Positions 54,882-64,000 of a stretch of DNA of 64,000 nt are shown here, in pieces; the first letter of the stretch is position 1; each line of letters opens with the position of its first letter. This DNA is from Eledone cirrhosa (Eukaryota): NCBI GenBank assembly GCA_964016885.1, contig OZ024743.1, positions 216,070,001-216,134,000 of the forward strand, read 5' to 3'. The notes beneath the pieces were generated by a model. It worked only from the letters and a program-made list of their open reading frames with translations. It was not told the origin of the DNA and did no database searches. The position numbers and the translations under genes were made by a program.

Positions 54882-55195
54882 TAATGAAAATATATATGCA
54901 TGAATGTATGTATCTGGGCATGTATGTACAGTCGGGATGGGGATTTGAATTGGCATAGTAATAAAGCGTAAATGTTAAATCTGAATAGGAGAGAGTGGAT
55001 GTACCTGAAGTAGGTTCATAATAATAATCGACCAATGAAATGATTGATTGGGTTGTAAATATATCATTGAGTTAGTAAGTGGCGTGTCAAATAGTAAGCT
55101 CTATTATCATCATACACATAAACATTTACATTCTAAAGCCCCAAGCAACACATTGACAAAATACACATACAATATATTACATGCAATATATATGG

Positions 55196-55280
<85 letters not shown>

Positions 55281-55343
55281 TATATATATACTTGCATATA
55301 TATGTGCGTGCAGGTTCGTATACATACACGTACACATACACAC

Positions 55344-55427
<84 letters not shown>

Positions 55428-55531
55428 TATATTTATTTATTTATTTAGAGAGAGATAGCCTGGAAGTGAGTAAGTAGATTGCTGCATACAGATACATTTA
55501 TGTATCTAATCACGCATGTATGCACATATAA

Positions 55532-55628
<97 letters not shown>

Positions 55629-55976
55629 CATTTTTATATATACGCTGAGTATGATGCTTGCTGATTTAGTATGACATAGCATATTTGTTTGAAGTCTAAA
55701 ATCTTGTTATCTCTTGGGATATCAAAGTTGTCAGTTCTTTTTAACCCAGAAAATCAATTTCTTTACGCAAAGTGGAAAAATGTAAAACATGCATAGGAAC
55801 AACAGGAAAGTGCATTAATTAGAAGCGTCCCTAAATGTACGAAATGAATCCCAACCCGACACAGAAGCACAGTGTGAGAGATGGAATGCCGGGAAATATT
55901 GAGAGGAATTAAAACAATCGTACAATCCCATCCATGCATATTAAGTTAAGATTCTACACTGTAGAACATACAGTAA

Positions 55977-56038
<62 letters not shown>

Positions 56039-56059
56039 GTGTGTGCGTGTGTGTGTGTA

Positions 56060-56091
<32 letters not shown>

Positions 56092-56676
56092 CAGAGAGTA
56101 AGACAGGCAGACAGATAGATAGAGAGAGAGAGAGAGCGTAATGTGAGCGTGTGTGCGTTTGTATGTAAGTCTGCTTCCGTTCGTGCGTGTGTCAATCATG
56201 GATGCACAGATTGATTTGCATGTATTTGTGCAAGTACATGTCTTTATGCTCTCAAGCTGGATCTTTTAATATTGATATTTCGAATATGTAGTCTTATCAT
56301 GAATGAAATATTGAGCCTCGAAGAAGGTAAACGTACAGCTATCATTTGAATCGAGATATATTCGTAATCTAGTACTAGATATTAACATCAAATATACCTC
56401 GATGGCAATCCTGTAGAGATAAGCGAAGCTTCTGATTTTTGCGAACCAGAGTTACAATAAAACTTGCAGGCAACTGCCAGGAGTTTAGTTTCAAAATTAC
56501 ATATGTGTCATCCTTAAGAGCAAACATGCGTCAGTATCATTGTCATGTTCAATATTATATATATAAAAAGTAAAATAAAATGGCCGTATCAGGCGGATTA
56601 GTTTTGACCAAAGACTAACCAACAGCAAGAAAAGCACCTACCAGCACATACATTCAACCACCCACCTACAAACACT

Positions 56677-56731
<55 letters not shown>

Positions 56732-56799
56732 GGGGAGATAGATATGTATATATATATATAAAAATATACATATATCTATTTATTAAAATAAAAGATTAA

Positions 56800-56850
56800 A
56801 GTTTAATCAAATAATCACTGCTTTCACCCTTAACGGGATCTTCTGAAACT
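56800..56850 (-). ncRNA. Hammerhead-like motif, same family as 8334-8384; partial duplicate at 56905-56927
   Basis: Reverse complement AGTTT-CAGAAGA-TCCCGTTAAGGGT-GAAA-GCAG...-TT-AAACT. Confidence 0.5.
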
Positions 56851-57012
56851 ATATATATATATATAGTAATAATAATACATTTCAAGACAAAAATCCAAAG
56901 AGGGCTTAACGGGATCTTCTGAAACTAAAGAAATCAATATATGTATATATATATATATGTATATATATATATTGTTATAATTTGGGAGGGGCATGTTGCA
57001 AATAAGAAACAC

Positions 57013-57432
57013 ACGCACCTGTTGCTTTCACTCCAATTTATTATAAATTAAATTATAAATTAAAAACAAATTATAAATTTCCGGCTGGTTGGTTGGTTCC
57101 ACAACCGGACGGTTGTTCATACATTGTCAACGTTGTTTCGTCACACATTCTGTGACCTCTTTAGTGACTGCGGATTATTTTCTTTTTTTCTTTGTTTTGT
57201 GCTTCTCCTTTGTTCTGTCCAACAAGATGGCGTAGGACAGAAGAAAGGAGACGCACAAAATAAAGAAAAGAATCTCCCGTCACTGACGAGGTCACATAAT
57301 GAGTAACGAAAGAACTTTGACAATATATGAACAACCGCCCGGTTGTGCAACCAAGCAACCAACCGGAAATTGATAAATGTTTTAAAATTATAATTTAATT
57401 TATGATAAATTGGAGTGAAAGCATCTGGTGTG
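57013..57432. mobile_element. Foldback insertion 5: old, visibly diverged ~200-bp arms, ~14-nt loop, HHR in each arm
   Basis: TGCTTTCACTCCAATTTAT... mirrors ...ATAAATTGGAGTGAAAGCA. Centre TTCTGTCC-aacaagatggcgta-GGACAGAA. TA-rich flanks. Confidence 0.85.
57279..57321 (+). ncRNA. Hammerhead motif; mirror copy at 57126-57168 (-)
   Basis: GTCA-CTGACGA-gGTCAC..GTAAC-GAAA-GAAC-TT-TGAC. The mirror copy keeps stem II GTCACA/TGTGAC but has CTAAAGA. Confidence 0.65.
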
Positions 57433-57453
57433 TCTTACTAAACAAATTCATAA

Positions 57454-57603
<150 letters not shown>

Positions 57604-57844
57604 AATGGGGTTTACAGGGCTAGAACTGTTTCATTAGACGGAAATCACCAGGAAAGCCTTTTTGATTATACCTTCGAATGAAACACTTCTAGTCATGTAG
57701 AAGATATTTCTGTATTAAAATGTTATACTCTGCTATGTATTGAGTACCTTACTTACTATGCTTACCTCGGATTGAATCCGCGACATACACACACACACAC
57801 ACACACATATATGTATACACACACATATATACACGCACGCACGC

Positions 57845-57961
<117 letters not shown>

Positions 57962-58043
57962 TATATATATATAGATATATAGACATATATATAGATATAT
58001 ATATATATATATATATATATAGATATATATATATAGATATATA

Positions 58044-58118
<75 letters not shown>

Positions 58119-58344
58119 GGTGTATCAAAGCGTCTTTATATCGAAACGCTATATTCTTTAAAGAAATATGTATATAATCATGTTGTAACTTTTTCAATAC
58201 ATGTCGGAGTATAAAACATTATTCTTTGCTTTATACCTGTTTTGAATTTTTATAAAGTTACTTACAGATTTTAAAATAATAAATAAAATTGGAAGGTACT
58301 TTTTGTTGCACCCTATAAAACTAGTCTTCTTATTGTTTCCACAA

Positions 58345-58740
58345 GGACACAAGTTATAAAGCATGGCTAGATGCGGTTCCGCCACAGCTGGCCACATAGC
58401 TGTCCTTTCACGTTAAACTCTGTAAAGTCAAATGCTGTGCAGGGGTGTTCCAGCTGTGGGAATATCAGGATCTTTTGCGTAGTCTGTGGCTCGATGCCAG
58501 TCACACAAATCATCCTCATCATTTAAATATCCCCATTTTTCAAGATTGATATTTGCACATCCAACACAAGATCTTAGTCCGTTGTGGTATTCTACACTGC
58601 GTAGTTTGTATCTGCTCCGGGGGATTAAGCCTCGTTCGACTTTACCTCAATTATTGTCACAGATGGGAGTCGTTAACTTTTTCTTACCAGCGACTGACTA
58701 TTCCAATACTTATGCTTGATATTCCTAGAAGATGTGACGC
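58345..58740 (-). mobile_element. 3' fragment of an Ingi/Vingi-like LINE
   Basis: Minus-strand PGAD, KWGYL..DDLCD, EPQTTQKIL..PQLEHPC remnants. Confidence 0.5.
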
Positions 58741-58850
58741 TCTTTAGGAAACTAATATATTCCTTCCATATACTGTACCGTTTGTGTTGTTTACATTTTA
58801 CATGTATATACACACACACACACACAAACACATACACACACACACACACG

Positions 58851-58989
<139 letters not shown>

Positions 58990-59042
58990 GTAGATATAGA
59001 TAGGTAAATATACACGGGTGTGTATGATTGTGTATAGAAGAT

Positions 59043-60543
59043 TATATTAATAAGAGGAATTCCAACGTTGTCTGATTTACTCGTTTTATTTACAATCCTT
59101 TAAAATATATATAATATGGTATTATAATGAAATAGTATGATAGAATATTAAATTCTAAGTGTTAATTGAACAAGTACTTTCATGCTTTCGCAATCTTCAG
59201 GTTCATGATATGTGGTGACAGTCGATTTTGCAACATTCACCTGTAAAGAGATGGATAAATTTACTACCTTTTATACATTTTATACAGAGAAAAGTGGCTC
59301 CAGAATGCAAAGCCCTGTAAACTGTATTTCGACCAATCAGTGTGTAGTTTCACTGAATTACTACAGCTGATTGGTTTAAGCGTCACGGCTTGTTGAGCAT
59401 GCTAACGACCAATAGTCATACCCAACGTATCAATTGTTTTGCTTTTTGAAATGATGAAAATAGCATTTTCTATTAATCATCACCATCAACATCACTTTTA
59501 TTATTATTATTATTGTTGTTGTTGTTGTTGTTAGTGGTCGTGGTCATAGTGGTAGTAGAAGTAATACCCCTAGGCGTTATTATTGTTCATTTAGCTTGGG
59601 TTTGAATTTATCAATAAAATTCTTTTCTTTGATTTTTCTCTTGATTTCACTTGGGCTGTGTAATTTGTAGAATGGGAATATTATAAATATTCCCTGACCA
59701 CATGTTGCCAGGTGGCCGCTTAGGGGTATCTGACGTACATTTGGGTCTCTGATTTGTTGACGGTGTACCCGTGCACGTTCCGATAGTGCATTTCCAGTTT
59801 AACCGACATATAGTTCTTCACAATTCGGGCATTTAATGCAGTAAATTAGATTTCTGCTTTTGCAGTTCATATTTGCATTTGGGAATATTTTTCCAGTTTT
59901 TGTTTTCATATATTGACCGGCGTGTATGGATTGACATGTGCCGCATCAATTATCATTGCATTTAGATACAGTGAATGATTGGTCTTTGTTGTTAAGGTCA
60001 AACTTTGCTTTTGTTAGCAATTGCTTCAAATTGTTTGGCTGTCTTTTACTAAGAGTCAAAGATCGATCTGTGATTAAGCCTTTTAATTCATTACTTTGAG
60101 CAATGATCGGTAGGTTTGCTTTGGCAGTGTTGAAGATATTCTGGTGACATGGGTTGTGTGTCATTATAAATGGTATGACCAGTTCTTGGTTTCTTCTTCC
60201 TTGGGTTGTTCTAAGTTGTTGTATAGGTATTTTTATAGCCCGCTGTATGCCATTTTCTATAAGTAGAGATGGGTATTTTTGTTTGAGCAAAAATTCTCTT
60301 AGTTCTGTTAGGCGTTTTTACCTGGTATTCGTATCTTCTACAATGGTACAAATTCTTCTGGCTAGGCAGTATGGGATGTTGCGTTTTGTATGAGGTGGAT
60401 GGCACGACTTAAAATTCAGATATTGATGGGTGTCTGTGTGTTTATAATATATATCCGTGGTAATGGTGGTGTCGTTTTTGATTATCATTATATCTAGGAA
60501 TGGTAATTTGGTCCTACTCATCTCTTTTGTGAATTGGAGAGAT
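59043..60543 (-). mobile_element. Inverted 1.5-kb partial copy (3' part) of the Neptune-like PLE; left arm of foldback 6
   Basis: Reverse complement of 61734-63230 with scattered substitutions. Confidence 0.95.
59167..59205 (-). ncRNA. Intact minimal hammerhead (left arm of foldback 6)
   Basis: Exact reverse complement of 63072-63110. Confidence 0.85.
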
Positions 60544-60815
60544 CATTTTGTATACGTTTAAGTGTAGACATTTCTGATTTGTTAATGTTTGGCCTAACAT
60601 TAGTATTATGTCTAAGAGGAAATGTAGACAGGATGTCAATGTATTGGTCGAGATAAATATTTCTTCCTTTTGGCGGAGTGAAGTTTGATTTATTCTTTAC
60701 TAGTGATTCATCACTCTCATTATTTTTATCAGCGAAGAATTCTACAAGACGTAATTTTCGACAGAATTCTTGGGTATCCTCCTTCTGTTCTTGAGTATCC
60801 TCCTTCAGTTCTTGA
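60542..60815 (-). mobile_element. Inverted N-terminal segment of the same PLE ORF
   Basis: FCRKLRLVEFF..KSNFTPPKGRN.YLDQY..EMSTLKRIQND, which normally runs directly into KTIIIKQADKGG (present on + at 60814). Confidence 0.85.
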
Positions 60816-62697
60816 TAAAACAATAATAATTAAACAAGCAGATAAAGGGGGTGCAGTTGTTATAATGGATACTGAATACTACAAGGATTTGGTTGAGGAA
60901 CAACTGTAAGACACAACATTCTATCATGAAATACCCTCAAATATAGACCACAACATCATGAAGAAGATCAACAACCTAGCTTCAAAATACCACAACTCAT
61001 TTACTGATAAGGAAAGAGACTACATCACCAATTTTGAGCCGAAACCCAGCAACCTATATGGCCTACCGAAAGTTCACAAGTCAAAAGAAATACAACTGGC
61101 AGTAAGAGAACAAAAGAGTGAGTACATTAAATTATTACACCCAAAAGACTTAAAACTTAGACCTATTATAGCTGGTCCAACATGCCCCACTCACCGACTA
61201 AGCAATTTTGTTGACATTATTTTGAAACCATTATGTATTCACATACCCAGTTTCATCCGGGATGATATCGACTTCCTGTCCCATCTTCCTAAAACCACGG
61301 AAACGAATTCACTTCTACTCAGTTTTGATGTGGTAAGCCTTTACACCAACGTTACACATGATTTAGGAATAAAGGCGGTTAAATACTGGGTGGAAAAACA
61401 TAGAGAAGTGATTCCCATTAGATTCAGAGCGCCATTTATATTAGACGCAGTTAAACTTATTCTGGAAAACAACACTTTCTTCTTCAATGGAAAGAATTAC
61501 ATTCAAATTAGAGGCACAGCGACGGGAACGAAGTTTGCTCCCGTTTACGCGAACTCTGTAATAGGATACTTAGAACAACAACTCTACCAAGAAATAGAGG
61601 AAAAATATAGTACTGACTTTAGAAAGTACATTAAAAAATCTTGGAAGAGATACCTTGACGACTGTTTCATCATCTGGACAGAATCTCTAGATACTCTGGA
61701 TGAGTTCAGTATCCTCCTGAATAACCTACATCCATCTCTCCAATTCACAAAAGAGATGAGTAGGACCAAATTACCATTCTTAGATATAATGATAATCAAA
61801 AACGACACCACCATTACCACGGATATATATTATAAACACACAGACACCCATCAATATCTGAATTTTAAGTCGTGCCATCCACCTCATACAAAACGCAACA
61901 TCCCATACTGCCTAGCCAGAAGGATTTGTACCATTGTAGAAGATACGAATACCAGGTACAAACGCCTAACAGAACTAAGAGAATTTTTGCTCAAACAAAA
62001 ATAACCATCTCTACTTATAGAAAATGGCATCCAGCGGGCTATAAAAATACCTATACAACAACTTAGAACAACCCAAGGAAGAAGAAACCAAGAACTGGTC
62101 ATACCATTTATAATGACACACAACCCATGTCACCAGAATATCTTCAACACTGCCAAAGCAAACCTACCGATCATTGCTCAAAGTAATGAATTAAAAGGCT
62201 TAATCACAGATCGATCTTTGACTCTTAGTAAAAGACAGCCAAACAATTTGAAGCAATTGCTAACAAAAGCAAAGTTTGACCTTAACAACAAAGTCCAATC
62301 ATTCACTGTATCTAAATGCAATGATAATTGATGCGGCACATGTCAATCCATACACGCCGGTCAATATATGAAAACAAAAACTGGAAAAATATTCCCAAAT
62401 GCAAATATAAACTGCAAAAGCAGAAATCTAATTTACTGCATTAAATGCCCGAATTGTGAAGAACTATATGTTGGTCAAACTGGAAATGCACTATCGGAAC
62501 GTGCACGGGTACACCGTCAACAAATCAGAGACCCAAATGTACGTCAGATACCCCTAAGCGGCCACCTAGCAACATGTGGTCAGGGAATATTTATAATATT
62601 CCCATTTTACAAATTACACAGCCCAAGTGAAATCAAGAGAAAAATCAAAGAAAAGAATTTTATTGATAAATTCAAACCCAAGCTAAATGAACAATAA
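60814..62697 (+). pseudogene. Neptune-like Penelope RT + GIY-YIG ORF, 5'-truncated, three in-frame stops (60907, 62002, 62329)
   Basis: ADKGG, YGLPKVHK, RPII, FDVVSLYTN, GTATGT, RYLDD, FLD, SCHP.H.K, KCNDN*CGTC, LIYCIKC..YVGQT..R..H, PKLN. Confidence 0.95.
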
Positions 62698-62859
62698 TAA
62701 CGCCTAGGGGTATTACTTCTACTACCACTATGACCACGACCACTAACAACAACAACAACAACAACAATAATAATAATAAAAGTGATGTTGATGGTGATGA
62801 TTAATAGAAAATGCTATTTTCATCATTTCAAAAAGCAAAACAATTCATACGTTGGGTAT

Positions 62860-63010
62860 GACTATTGGTCGTTAGCATGCTCAACCAGCCGTGACGCTTA
62901 AACCAATCAGCTGTAGTAATTCAGTGAAACTACACACTGATTGGTCGAAATACAGTTTACAGGGCTTTGCATTCTGGAGCCACTTTTCTCTGTATAAAAT
63001 GTATAAAAGG
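62860..63010 (+). promoter_or_regulatory. Putative pLTR Pol II promoter: three CCAAT/ATTGG boxes and two TATAAAA motifs upstream of the HHR (mirrored at ~59265-59415)
   Basis: ATTGG at 62864, CCAAT at 62903, ATTGG at 62940, TATAAAA at 62993 and 63002; motif-level evidence only. Confidence 0.45.
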
Positions 63011-63071
63011 TAGTAAATTTACCCATCTCATTACAGTTGAAAATTGCAAACTCGACTGTAACCACATATCA

Positions 63072-63110
63072 TGAACCTGAAGATTGCGAAAGCATGAAAG
63101 TACTTGTTCA
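63072..63110 (+). ncRNA. Intact minimal hammerhead in the PLE 3' pLTR, ~120 nt before (TA)n
   Basis: TGAAC-CTGAAGA-tTGC gaaa GCAt-GAAA-GTAC-TT-GTTCA. Confidence 0.85.
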
Positions 63111-63226
63111 ATTAACACTTAGAATTTAATATTCTATCATACTATTTCATTATAATACCATATTATATGTATTTTAAAGGATCGTAAATAAAACGAGTAA
63201 ATCAGACCAAGTTGGAATTCCTCTTA

Positions 63227-63292
<66 letters not shown>

Positions 63293-63681
63293 AGTTGGCA
63301 TATAATGATCAGAAAGGCTTTAGGCACTACCACTTTTAATGTCGCACTACATTTCGCCAAGGGACTTGAGCACTGGAGCGCGATGCTACCATTTTTTGTA
63401 CAGCGATTGGAGACTGATTTTCTCTAATATCCAATGTTTTCACTCATTTGTTATATTGTGTTTGAAATTTGTTGGTTTAGTGCTTATGGCGGGAGATGGA
63501 GTATTTGAATTTCGACTCCTACCATCATATAAATTTCAGAACAAGTAGCCAATCGGTTGACAGCATTGTGACGATGCATAAGGATTTCAGTTGCTAATAT
63601 ATTACTGTGTCACCAGTCACATTCCCTGCCATAGCCGACACGGACTGGAATCGAAATATGTCGATCGATTGATTAAACGAA

Positions 63682-63794
63682 ACCTGCTGATGAAGCCACG
63701 TGCGCCGATTTTGCATTGTTGCATAATAAATATAGACATTGGATGTCATGGACACTATTGATGTATTAAGTATGGCCGAAACTCGAATTCAGGT
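63682..63794 (+). ncRNA. Hammerhead motif with ~80-nt stem II domain, in a probable PLE 3' fragment (63291-63865)
   Basis: ACCTG-CTGATGA-aGCCA...TGGCc-GAAA-CTCGAA-TT-CAGGT. Confidence 0.65.
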
Positions 63795-64000
63795 ATATAT
63801 TTAAGGTACCCATTCACGTATTGGAGCAAATAACATTCTGTCTACTCTGAGAATTTTACAGAACATTATATATATATTATATATATAACATTATATATAT
63901 TTATATATATATAAGTATATATATAAATGAAATAAATACAAAGGAGTATATACCGTTAAAACATGTTTATATAAAAATGCACCTACGTACGCTTCGCCCA

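Noticed and set aside
58113-58200. TACAGGGTG as a Tc1/mariner terminal repeat
   Set aside because: I found no matching opposite TIR or transposase remnant.
62329-62331. In-frame TGA beside the Cys cluster as possible selenocysteine (some Naiad PLEs encode Sec)
   Set aside because: It lies immediately before CGTC, not at a Cys position, so CGA>TGA is the simpler explanation. The element is Neptune-like and I saw no SECIS.

Overview
AT-rich, microsatellite-dense eukaryotic DNA with no host gene I can support. The SINE family and repeat landscape look like an octopus/coleoid cephalopod, which is inference. Most of the listed ORFs are translations of (TA)n/(CA)n/(GA)n/(CATA)n repeats. The real coding remnants are all retroelements: Penelope-like elements (PLEs; Neptune-type RT+GIY-YIG at 59.0-63.2 kb and 37.8-39.1 kb, Naiad-type at 51.6-52.5 kb), a ~4-kb Tx1-like LINE (26.0-30.0 kb), RTE, R4/Dong-like and Ingi/Vingi-like fragments, and about a dozen copies of a tRNA-derived SINE. 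The most notable signal is non-coding. There are about 16 type-I hammerhead ribozyme (HHR) motifs from roughly 11 different sequence families, most of them a short distance upstream of a (TA)n run. There are also six head-to-head foldback (palindromic) insertions bordered by TA-repeat DNA, and five of these carry outward-facing HHR(s). This points to a (TA)n-targeting, HHR-bearing PLE system that routinely inserts as inverted twins and seeds long hairpins in the genome. Other oddities are a SINE that captured 172 bp of nearby DNA inside its TSDs, ATTAT-specific SINE targeting, centre-out homogenisation of a palindrome, and a ~600-bp element that stacks on its own (TATG)n tail. All coordinates and folds were read by eye.
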